A stretch of 64,000 nucleotides of DNA from NCBI RefSeq assembly GCF_030684315.1, contig NC_081392.1:2689387-2753386 (forward strand), given 5' to 3'. The position numbers and the translations under genes were made by a program. The stretch is from Stegostoma tigrinum. Lineage: Eukaryota. The notes below the pieces were generated by a model. The model did not search any database, had not been told where the DNA came from, and saw only the letters and a list, made by a program, of their open reading frames with translations. Of this stretch, positions 27,847 through 40,200 are shown piece after piece; position 1 is the first letter of the stretch; each line of letters starts with the position of its first letter.

Positions 27847-28148
27847 CATAAATCATAGAATCCCTACAGTGTGGAAACAGGCCCTTCAGCCCAACTAGTC
27901 CTCACTGTTAGAGCATTGCATCCAGACCCATCCACCTAATCAATACATCCCTAAACACTATGGGCAATTTAGCATGGTCAATCCACCTAGCCTGCACACC
28001 TTTGGACTGCAGGAGGATACCAGAGCACCCAGAGGAAACCCCCACAGACACAGGGAGAATGTGCAAAATCCACACAGTCGCCCAAGGGTGGAATCGAACC
28101 TGGGTCCCTGGCACTGTGAGGCAACAGTGCTAGCCACTGTGCTGCCCA
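27847..28148 (-). mobile_element. HE1-type V-SINE
   Basis: Reverse complement of the 2783-3090 family. Confidence 0.85.
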
Positions 28149-28188
28149 CTTGCTGGAGTGTGTTTTTAGAAGGCAACATAAAACATCA

Positions 28189-28494
<306 letters not shown>

Positions 28495-30132
28495 TTAATC
28501 CATTGTGGACTTTTTGCCAATCAATCATGGACTTATCCTATTCAGTCATTTTCTTATCTCCTATTCGCTATAGATTAGCAAAGTCTGTTCAGTTAGTGAT
28601 GGATCTGGTGCTGAGGGGCAAAGCCAAATATTTTTGAGAATCATCCTTGACTCTGTGCTGAATTAAGTATTTGTAGTTGCATTGGCAGTTGGGAAATTTG
28701 CTAAAATAGACTTCAGTATATCCGTGTTAGGTGGTGTCTTGTGCCACTGCGGTATTGTCCCTACCTCAGGGCCAGAGACTCTTGCTTTAAATTCCACCTG
28801 CAGAGGTGTGATATAACATTGTCCAAACATGTAGATTAAAAACATATTTAGGAGAGGAATAGGGAAACAGTGAAGTGGGATTCCTCTGCTCACCATTATC
28901 CAGATACCCTGCAGGAAAGTATTATTCTATTAGACTAGATACAGGACAGAATTAGTCTGAATACGCTTTGTCAGATGGCCACTCATGGAGAAGTCCAAAT
29001 AAAAAACAGGCCCCTTGGTTCATTTAATCTGTCAGCCTTTACTTTCCATACAGCTGAAGGTCTTCATCACTTTTAGTTGCCCTGTTACCATTATCACATT
29101 TTTCTGGGTTTTCTTTATTCTTCCCAGTGGCATCACTGCCAAAGCCCACAGTTGTTGCCCATCCCCAGTTGCTATTGACCTGAGTTGCTAAACGGATCAG
29201 AGGGTATTTAATAGTCAACATTGTTTTGGGTCTGGGATCAAATGTAGAGCAAAGAAAGGTAGGGATAGCCAGCTTATGTTGAGGACATTAGTGAACCAGA
29301 AGGATTTTTACAAGAATTGATGATAGTGGTCAGAGTCACCATTGCTGAGGTCAGCTTTCAGTATTAATTGTAAAGTCACCATAATCCCAGAGGGCTGCTC
29401 ACTGATTAGAGAGAGACGACTGATGGTTGTTTTAACCTCAGAGTCACCACACCTTAGCTAAGGAGAAAGATAAAGAAGGGAAGTCCTTTTATAGTAATCT
29501 CAGCTGGTGCGATAATTGAACACATGCTGTTGACATCACTCTGCATCACAAACCAGCCATTCAACCAAATGAAGTAGCTAATCAAGATATTTGTAGTGTG
29601 CAGCAAGTTTGATTTCAAGCCAAAGATCAGGCAGTGTGGGGTGAATAGTCTTCTCCTGCTCCTGTTTCTTGTGTTCAATCCTCATTTTGTAGCAGAATTT
29701 AGTTTGGATTCTATTAGCTGCTGTGGAGGGATTGGAACCCTTGTTCACAAAATATTAAGCTTGACCACGCCTTACTAGTCCAGTGATATTGCAGAGCTTG
29801 CTGAAAGGACAGAATGGCCTATCCTGCTTCAATACCATATTGTATTATCTCTCCACTAGTTTACCTGTTTAGTTGAATCTGTGTTTACATTGGGAATGTC
29901 TTTACAGTTGTAAAATTTCCATTGGAATTGGTAAAATCAGGTATGAAAAATTGGCATCACCCATGGATTCTATCCAGAGAGGATTACTGTTTTGAGGAAA
30001 ACAGAGGGCAATAGGGAAAGCACCAAATTTGTGCACTGAGAGCTGATGTCATGTGCATTCAGTTACCTTATTAATGTTACATTAATTCACTAAATTCCCC
30101 CCAAAAAAACAAAGATATTAGAATTATTTTCA

Positions 30133-30138
30133 TTTATT
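30133..30138 (-). terminator. Polyadenylation signal AATAAA of dlc
   Basis: tttatt on + strand, followed on - strand by a GT/T-rich stretch (~30114-30096). Confidence 0.65.
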
Positions 30139-31011
30139 TTTGGAAAAAAATAAATTTGAACCTCTTTTCAACAGAAAAGACATATATAAAACATAATAGA
30201 TAAACATATGTACAATTCTCTTAAATATACACTATATACAAAATAAAATTAGAAAAAGTATATTTCATTTTGTATGTATATCAAAAATTCTTAAATTATA
30301 AAATATTAAAATAACATTGGTTTGACTTTGAAACAGAACTGCAATAATCTTTCATGTTTTACTAATAAAAAGTCCTTCATAATAGACACAATACATTCCC
30401 ATATTTGACTATATATCTATATATATATAGAATAATAAATGGGCAGGCAGCATTTTCCATTGACAAATGCAAAAAGATGTCCTGGATCACAGTTTCTCAA
30501 ACAGAATTTGTTAAAGCCAGAACTGTGAGAATGGACAACTGCCTTCAGATCAATGCTCCACACTTTTGTCATCTGTAATGTATACTGTACTAGGCTGGTG
30601 TTCTACTCATTAAAATAGGCTCCTCTGCAAATGTTGGTCATATGGAGGAGACACAAGGCCGATGCAGAGAACAGCAGTGACCTGAAGCAAAACAGCCCTG
30701 CCAGGCTAGGGGTGAACTGTCACGATTACTCTGCCACCTGGATTCACTGCTTATTGCAGAGGAAAACCGCACACATTACAATATAGATCCTGCGGAGAAT
30801 TCTTCAGCACTGGTTCAAAAGGTCCTGCCTTTTCTCATTCCACCTGCTCCCATCCCATCCCACCCACCCCATCTTCAGTACTTGGCATGCAGATATTTAT
30901 CAGGATGACTTCGCCATTGAAAATAGTGCAAAGATTTCGCAGCTTTCAGAGAGATGTCAGCAGGCATTCTTCATTATCCAGACGCCAGGTACAAAAGTTT
31001 TTTTAATTCAT

Positions 31012-31013
<2 letters not shown>

Positions 31014-31047
<34 letters not shown>
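31014..31047. repeat. (CA)17 microsatellite in the dlc 3' UTR
   Basis: Direct observation. Confidence 0.95.
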
Positions 31048-31049
<2 letters not shown>

Positions 31050-31203
31050 TTAAAAAAAACACAGTAAGAGGTTATCCATTCCAAAACAAAAAGAGCAGCA
31101 TGAATAAATATTAAATACAGGAATATAAACCCCGTAATGTCCATTAAATCTGTAAACATTCAGAGACAGGAAGCTTGAACATCTACACCTGAGGAGATGG
31201 AGT

Positions 31204-31209
31204 TCATAC
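31204..31209 (-). CDS. dlc: dlc exon 10 coding part (Val-stop completing ATEV)
   Basis: Polypyrimidine tract then ttgcag|GTA TGA; a second acceptor ctcag|GTG TAG lies at 31188-31183. Confidence 0.85.
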   Translation of the reverse strand, partial: V

Positions 31210-34200
31210 CTGCAAAAGAGGAGGAAAGGATAAAGTGATTAGACTATGCAATGCCAGCTTTTTGCAAGTCTCGCTAGAGATTCTTGCTTGACCTCATTTC
31301 TCTTACCTCAAAGTCCAGGAGCAGCTGAAGACTTACCTCAGTTGCAAATATGCAAGGTTCCACTCGTTCAGACATAATATACATTGGATGGTACAATCCC
31401 TCCTTCGGAAATGGTATTGACGGTTTGGAGGATGTCAGGCATTCAGATTTCTTACTAAAATGGAGAAATTGAGAAAAGGGATTGGAAAAGATGGAGACAT
31501 TAGATTTCTGCTGGCTGCGACTGTAGAAATCCTTCGACATTATAAGCATCAGGAATAATGCTGGAGAGTATTTAAGTGCAGCACTCACTTTACAACGTTC
31601 TTCCGAGAAGCCTCCTGTTCCTTCAGTTCCCCAGCCAGATTGTAATCCATTGGATGAAGTTTCTGTTTGCAGTTAAACTTATCACTCAAACAATCACTGC
31701 TGAGTTCAGCATCTTTGTTGGAGACCTTGAACTGTCCAGTGGAGATGATGAAGGCTTCCTTCTCCTTCTGGTAATCCGACAAGTTGTTGATGGTCTCCAG
31801 ATCATTGCGCACAGCATTCTGACTCTCCTGGCTTTTCCGGAGATGCTTCAGTATCACCAAGGCAGCAAACACCACCAGGGTGAGGGTGACAAGGCCCAAA
31901 GCAAAAGAGATGGCAAGGGCCACGGGGAACGGGTTCTCCACATCAGACGGGCTAGTGGGCTTCACACGAAACTCACAGTTGGAGCCCATAAATCCAGCTG
32001 GGCATTTGCATACATGGCCAGTGTAGTGCGTGTAACAGACACCTTTATTTCTGCATGGGTTGCTGCTACAGGCATCCATGCGAATGCTGCAGTCCTTCCC
32101 ACCGTAGCCAAGAGTGCAGGTACAACTGAAGGAGTTGACGCCATCAATACAGGTGCCACCATTGGCACATGGGTTCTTGGCACAATCGTCCATGTTGATC
32201 TTGCACCTCGGGCCAGTGAACCCTGTCCGGCAACGGCAGATGATACTCCGGCCGATGTCCGAGCAGTATCCTTTTTAACAGGAAGCGTGAGTTAGAGCAA
32301 CAAAAACACAAAGCAGGTAGAGATGGATATGTGAAAGGGTATAGAGTAGGAATGGGGGAAACAAATGATCGATTCCAGCACTTACCATTCGCGCATGGAT
32401 TATTGGTACAACGATCAATCTTCTTCTCGCAGTTGGAACCAGTGAAGCCAACTGGGCAATGGCAGCTATAGCCCCCACGTGATTTCTCCGTGCAGGAGCC
32501 ACCATTAAAACACGGTGCATCAGCACATGTCATAGCACTAATCCCACAGTTCTTGCCATAGAATCCTTGGGGGCAGGTGCAAGTATAATTGTTCTCTAGG
32601 TCCTACAAGATTTCCATAAACAGAGAGAGAGAATATAACTAAACCATTCATTTCAAAATGCAATATATTTGGGCAGGTGATTTCATTCCAATTCAGCACT
32701 TGGGGAAAGAACGAGGCAGGAAGCCATTTGATTCATGTTTAACTCAAGGATGCAAAGTGACCTTACTAGAAACAGCAATTGAGCAGGTTGGGGTGCTGGT
32801 ACCATCAGCTGTGGCATAGTTTGGCACAACACAAAACTGCCACCTTTTGTCAATCTCAAGCTTCCACCATATGACTCATTGGCAAAGTCATTTGTAGGAA
32901 GACAGAGCCAATAGGACTTAAAAGGTCCTGAGTACAATTGTGGGTTAGTGCTGAATTATTTGATTGATCGTTAGAAATACTAATACAGCAGAGTGAGAAC
33001 TGGAGGGGACATTAGAAGAAGGAAAGATCATTTATGTTTATAGAAGGCAGAAGAGAGGATTGGAAATGGTTGTGTCCCAGTGATACTCCAGGTCAGGGCT
33101 CACAGGGAGTTGGCGATGAAATTCAAAGTGTAGTCTTATGTACATGCTTAGAAAAGAAAGATCCAGAATTTCAATATAAATAGGAAACAAAGGAGATATT
33201 TCTCAATGTCTAGGCAGAGAACAGAGACCCAAAACATGCATCAACCACATGCTATACATTACCTGGTATCTTTAAGTCACGTAATCAACAACCTGTGGCC
33301 CTTTAATTGATCACAGATCCTTAGGTCAAGGTATAGCCAAATGGGAGCTATTACCCTTCCTGTATCATAACTGACTAGGATCCTTCCCTAACTATACCAA
33401 ACCTTGGAGGACATCGATCATTCCTGAGCCTGATCTGGGGTTATTTAACCCTTCCTGTAAACAATCTGGGATCATTAACCCTTCTTGTACTGTTCATGTT
33501 GTGCAATCATTAACACTCACTGTACCTAATATGGAGCCTTTAAATCTTTCTCTACCCACTGCCGGGTCATTAATCCTTCCTATGCCTGACTTAGGGTCGG
33601 CAACACTGCCTCTACTTGACGTGGGTTGCTAACCCTTCCTGTGCCTGATCCGGCATCATTACTCTTTCCTATGCCCAATTCATGATCATTGACTCTTCCT
33701 GTACCCAACGAGAGCTCATTAACCCTTCCTGTGCCTGATCCAGGCCTATTCGCCTTCCTTGTGTCTGATTTGGGATTATTAAGACAGTCTGTACCCAAAC
33801 CAGGAATCATTAATCCACCCTGCACCCGATCCAAGTTCATCAACCCTGCCTGTATTTGACCCGAGATGCTTAACTCAGTCTCGTCCTTGCAATGGTTGTT
33901 GTGGACAATTGATGCCTACAGCAGGATCATATCCGCTTCCCATCAGCAATGTTCGTCATCTTGGCAGCCAAAAAAAGGAAAATCAGCAGATCTAAAAAGA
34001 TTTTTGTTAATAAGGGACCTGTGATCAGAAAGCTACAGCATGTTAAACATTCAGTAGACTTTATCACACTGATCACTGATTTTGAATGTTAGCTTCCCAT
34101 GAATATATGTTTGCGTGAGGAGAGTGAGCAGGAATTTTTAAAATATAATTTACAAATCTCAATGAATTAGACATCGAAGAATAAAGTCTGATGTTTCGAT

Positions 34201-37200
34201 TAGAAACCACACAAACATTTTACTAAGCCATGGAGAACAATAGTTGAGTCACTGCTGAATTAAGCGATGATTCCCACGTCAAAAATAAGATCAGTAAAAT
34301 TAGTCTCAACCTCTAAAATAGGGGTGTTGTCAAAAAAATAAAGTTCCTAATCTAGATTCTATTTAGACGTTGCTGCTGAAAAATGCCACCAAATGCAGAT
34401 GTTTATGCTTGGCTGTGATGAACTAAATGGTTGATGGGCACAGAATGTATCAAGCTGAAACATGGAGGATAGTTATTTGGGTGAAGTATGGAAAGGGGCT
34501 GCTCATGACTTTAACTACATACTTTTATTTCCCTCTTTTCTCAACAGCCAAGAGACACAGTAGAGAAAATAGAGAAATTAAAGTGTGCAGTTAAACAAAG
34601 TTAGTAAATAGCATTGCTCTGCATTTGTATTTATGGTGGCCCAGCAATGACTGTTTTTTTGTTCCCTTCAATCCAAATATCACATCTGTAATCATGATAG
34701 GCAGATAATAATGATATTGCACTAAACTGGAGTGTAACTAAGAAAGATCAGTGTATGGTGGCAAAGTCGTGGTTCCAGGCCTGGTAAATCATAAACCTGG
34801 AGAGATAAATTCAAATCTCACTAGGGCATTTGGGGAATTTAAATTCAATTAATTAAGTGAATCTGGAATCAAAGCCTATTGTCAATTAATGAACATACAA
34901 CTAGTCTATTGTAAAAATTCAAGCAAAATACTGCAGGTGATGGAAACCAGAAATAAAATCAAAGTGTTGTCGAGATTTGGAGATCTGGTAGCATTGGTGG
35001 ACACAGAAAAGAGAACTAATGTTGCAGTTAATGGAACTAAAGAGAGAGGTGGAAATATATGAAACCCGTCAGGTTTCCAACTCTAGTACCAAGGAAGAGT
35101 CATTTAGATTTAACTGTTAACTCTTTCTCTACACTGACGCTGCTGGGACTGCTAAGCTTCTCCAGCGCTTTCTGTCACAAAAATTAACCTGGTTCATTGT
35201 GAAAGGATAGCTGCCGTCTTTACCCAGTCTTTGCCCTTTAACTTGCCCTCTGAAATGACCTGTCAAGACACTGTCATATTTAATTGCTACAACATTATAG
35301 TGTAGCTTTATTACTATGTAAATCATCAAAAGACCAAGGCATCACATTCAGACGTGACAAAGGCGTAGCATGTCCAGTCAACGCTGCATCATCCTCCTTA
35401 TTACCAGAATAGGTCATAGAATGCCTACAGTAAATTAGTTTCTTAAGTCTGTTCTGGCTCTCTATGAGAGATCAGCTGCTTACATTACCTTTTCAGAGTC
35501 CTGCTGTTTGTTTTTATTGAGATAATGATCTAATTCTCTTTTAAAAGCCATAATTGAATCTGCCTTCAGCACACTCTCGGGTAATGCATCCTAACAACAC
35601 ACTGTGGAGAAAGAAATTCCAGTCACTTTTGGCTTTTTTGCCGTTAACCTTCAATTGTTGTCTTTTAGTTGTCAATCCTTCAGTATTTCTCTATTCTGTA
35701 CACCTAATAATTTTGAACACCTCTGTCAAATCTCCTCAAACTTTTCCAAAGGGAAAAACCTCAAGTTCTCCAATCTATCAAAGTAACTGAAGTCCCTCAT
35801 CACTGGAACCATCTTTCTGCACCCTTGCTAATGCCTTTAAAATCATCCAAAAGTGTGGTGCCAAAAACTAGACATAATACCACAGTTGAGGCTGATACAG
35901 TGTTCAGTACAGGTTCATAGTGACTTTGTTTATAAATGTAAATAATGTCTCTAATTCATTAGTGATTCCTAACTGCTTTTTCAACTTGACTTGCTTTTTT
36001 CAATGATTGGTACAATATGTTCCCAAGATCCCACTCTTCCTCTTGTTAGAATTCTCCTTTATTCCAAATATTTGCCCATTCTGCCACTTTGTTTAAATCA
36101 GTGCACCAATCTCTTCACAGTTCACAATGCTTCCACGTTTTGTGTCATCAGAAAATTCTGAAACTGTGCTCTGCACACCCAAGACAAGATTGTTAACATA
36201 GATCGAATACAGACCTAAGCCAAACTTCTGCAAGCTGTCCTACAGACCAGTCAAGCAACAGCCGAATAGTCATGCTCTCAGAATCATTGAGAACTACAAC
36301 ACAGAAAACAGCCCTTTGGCCCTTCAAATCTGTGCCAGTCAAAAATGACCACCTGACTATTATAATCCCATAGCGGTCACCCATTCCCTTTCTGCCTGCA
36401 CTCTTTACCTGTGGTAAGACTACCTCACTATCAGCAATGCTTACCACAAAGCACTTGACATCACTATCCTTGGGTTTGCTCTGTCTACACAAGAGGTGAT
36501 GACAGTGGTATGCAGTCTGGTGATCCAAGAGTGACCGTCTTGACATCAAAACAGCATTTGACCAAGTATGATATCTGGAGGCCCTAGAAAAATCTGGGGT
36601 GGGGAGAATCTCTCCACTGGTTGGCACAATGTCTAGCACAAAGGAAGATGATTGTTGTTGTTTTCAAAGATTATAAGGACACCTCTGCAAGAGTTCTTCA
36701 GGATTGTGTTCTAGCCAACCATTTTCACCTATTCAACAATGGTCTTCCACTCCCTGACACTGAAGCAGCCTATGTACAGAAGCAGCAAGACTAAGACAAC
36801 ATTCAAGAATGGGCTGATAAATAGCAAGCAACATTTGTGCCCACAGTGCCCGTCAATGATTATCTCCAATAAGGCATGCATTGTGGTAGGTCAAGAAAGC
36901 AGCTCACCACCACCTCCTCAGGGGCAAGTAGTGATAGGCAATAAATGCAGATTGAGCTAGTCACATCCATATTCCACAAGTGAAAAATTAGAAAAGACAG
37001 TCTTGTAATCAGCATTCTTTGATATTCAATGGCATGATTGTAGTTGAATTGTCTGTCAACAACATCCTGGGAGTCACTGATCAGAAGCTTAACTGAACCA
37101 GCTGTATGGTTACTACAGAAATAAGAGTCATACAGTATGGAAATGGACTCTTCAATCCAACAAGTCCATGCTGAACATAATCCTAAATTAAACTAGTCCC

Positions 37201-40200
37201 ACCTCCCTTCTTTGGGCCATATCCCTCAAAACCTTTCCTATTCATGTATCCACCCAGATCCACCACTTCCTCAGGAAGCTCATTCCACATGCGAAACACC
37301 CTCTATGTAAAAAGAAAGCCTCCTGCATTTTTAAAAATCTCTCCTCTGACCTTAAAAATGTGCCCCGCACCACGTCTTGAAATTCCCCGTCTTAGGTAAA
37401 AGGACAACTACCATCGATTATCTATACCTCTCACTGTTTTATACACTTCTGTCAGGTCACTTCTCAACCTGCTACGCTCCAGTGAAAAAGTCCCAGCTTA
37501 TCCAGCCTTTTGTTATAACTCAAATCTTCCATTCCCAGCAACATCCTGATAAATTTCTTCTGAACTCTCTCCAGCTTGATAGTATCCTTCCTATAACTGG
37601 GCAACCAGAACTGGACAGAGTATTCAGAAGAGCCTCATCAGTACAACCTCAACATAATGTCCCAACTCCTAGACTCAGAGGACTGAGCAATGAATGCAAG
37701 TGTGCCAAATGCCTTTTTAACCATCCTGTCCATATGTAACACAAGCTTCAAAGAATTATGTCCCTGTGCTCTGCAACATTTCCCAAGGCCCTACCATTAA
37801 TTATATAAGCCCTACCCTTGTTTGTTGTACAAAAATACAATACCTTGCATTTATGCAGATTGAACGCCATCTGCCATTTTTCAACCCATTGTCCCAGTTG
37901 ATCAAGATCCATTGTAATCTTAGAAAACGTTCTTCACTGCCTACAATGCCACCAATGTTGATGGAATCCGCAAACTTACTAACGATGTCTTCTGTATCCT
38001 CATCCAAATCATTTATATATGTGTGAAACAAAAGGGGAGCCAGAACTGATCTCTATAGAACACCACTGGTGGCAGGACTCCAGTCTGAAAAGCAAAACTC
38101 CACCATTACTCTGTCTTCTGCATTGAGTCAATCACACATCCAATTGGCAAGTTCACCCTGAATCCCATATGACCTAACTTTACTAATTATCCTACCATGT
38201 AGAACCTTGTCAAAGGCTTTATTAAAATCCAAGTGAACAACGTATACTGTTCTGCCATCACTCTTTTTGGTAATTGCCTCAAACAGTTCAATCAAGTTTG
38301 AGAGACATGATTTTCCTTACACAAAACCATGCTGACAATCCCTAATCATTTTTTTGCCTCTTTGAATGTCCATAAATCCTATATTTTATGATCACCTCCA
38401 ACAATTTACCCACAACTGAAGTCAGATGTCCAGGCATAGTAGGAACTGATGCTGGAGAATCTGAGATAACACAGTGTGAAGCTGGATGAACGCAGCAGGC
38501 CAAGCAGCATCAGAGGAGCAGGAAAGTTTGACGTTTCAGGTCGAGACCCTTCTTAAGGGTCTCGACCTGAAACGTCAAACTTTCCTGCTCCTCTGATGCT
38601 GCTTGGCCTGCTGTATTCATCCAGCTTCACACCGTGTTATCTCAGATGTCCAGGCCGATGGTTCTGATTTCTCCTTACAACCTTTATTAAATAAAGGTAC
38701 AACATTAGCCACCCTCCAGTTATCAGACACCTCACCCATAGTTATAGATGATGCACATATTTCTGCAAGGGATCTTGTAATTTCCTCCCTTCTCAACATT
38801 TGGGGTACATTAGATCAGGTGCTGGAGATATATCCAACTTTGTATTCTAAGATCTTACAAACTCCTCTTCTGTAATGTGAACTATTTTTAAAACAAAGTT
38901 TATTTCTCTGCCTTCTCTAGACTCCATTTCTTTCTTCACTGTAAAAACTGATGCAAAATAGTCATTTAGTAGCTCTCCCATCTCCTCGGGATCAACAAAG
39001 ATGACATCCTTGGTCATTAAGAGGCCCAACCCCCTCTAGTTACCCTCTTGTCCTTAATATATTTGTACAATCTTTGGATTATCTTTGACTTTATCTGCCA
39101 ATACTAACTCATAATCCCCTATTTGCCTTCCTGATTTCTCTTGAGAATGCCTCTATGCTCTTTATATTCATTAAGAGATTCAATTGAACCAAGTTGTCCA
39201 TATCTTTTAAAAAATATATTTATTCTTGACTAGAACGCAACATCTTTATTCATCCATTGTTCTTTAATCCTACCAGTCTTACCCTTCACTCTGACAGAGT
39301 AAAATACCTCTGAACTTTCACCATCACACTCATGAATGCCTCCCACTTGTCTGACGTCCTTTTTACCTGCTCCAGCTAACTTTTGAAAGTTCTTGTCTCA
39401 CCATTAAAATTTGCCTTACTACAATTAAAACCTATAACTTTTATGGAAGGCTTATCCCTTTCCATAACCATTTTGACAGAATTATGATCACTAGACCCAA
39501 AGTGTTCCCCACTTTTACTTCACTCACCTGCCCTGCCTTATTGCCCAAAAGAGAGCCTAGTTTAATTCCTTTTCTAGTAAGAGCATCCATATATTAATTT
39601 TAAAAAATTATCTTGAGCATATTTGACAAATCCTTTACCATCCAAACCTTTAACACTATGGTGAGTCCCAGTCAATGTTTGGAAAATAAAAATCCCCCAC
39701 TATTACAACCTTGTTGTACTTACTAATATCGGAGATCTCCCTACATACTTGTTTCTCAATTTCTGTCTTACTACTGGGGGGCTACAGTGCGATTCCATCA
39801 CAGTGATCTTTCCTTTCTTATTTGTAACTTCTACCCATATACTTTCACTGAACGATTTTTTTCCAGAGATGTCTTCTCTAGTTAGAGCAGTAATGTATTC
39901 CTTAACCAAAAGCACCAGCCCCACCCCCTCCTTTCTTGCCTCTTTTTCTATCCTTCCTATAGCATCAAAACCCAGAACACTGGGCTGTAAGTCTTGTCCA
40001 TTTCTCAGCCAAGTTTCTGTATTAGCTATGACACTCCAATCCCCTGTTCTTAAACAGGCCCTGAGTTCATCAGCCTTACCAATAAGACCCCTTGCATTGA
40101 AATAAATGCAGTTTAGTTCTTCAGAGTTACTACAGTCTAACACTGTCTTGTCATTTTTTTTCTAATTTATGTGTTGTCTTCACATTGAGAGCTTAACCCA

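Larger units (their letters stand above)
30115..31203 (-). other. dlc: dlc 3' UTR (AU-rich)
   Basis: No interspersed repeats; AU-rich; several ATTTA and TGTANATA motifs; ends at AATAAA. Confidence 0.65.

Noticed and set aside
31576-32295. 239-aa plus-strand ORF
   Set aside because: Antisense shadow of dlc exon 8; no independent features.
33345-33885. CRISPR-like array
   Set aside because: Contiguous degenerate units with no constant repeat plus unique spacer structure; vertebrate context.
38460-38645. Hairpins as pre-miRNA genes
   Set aside because: Multi-copy, TSD-flanked transposon palindromes; small-RNA production is possible but unsupported.
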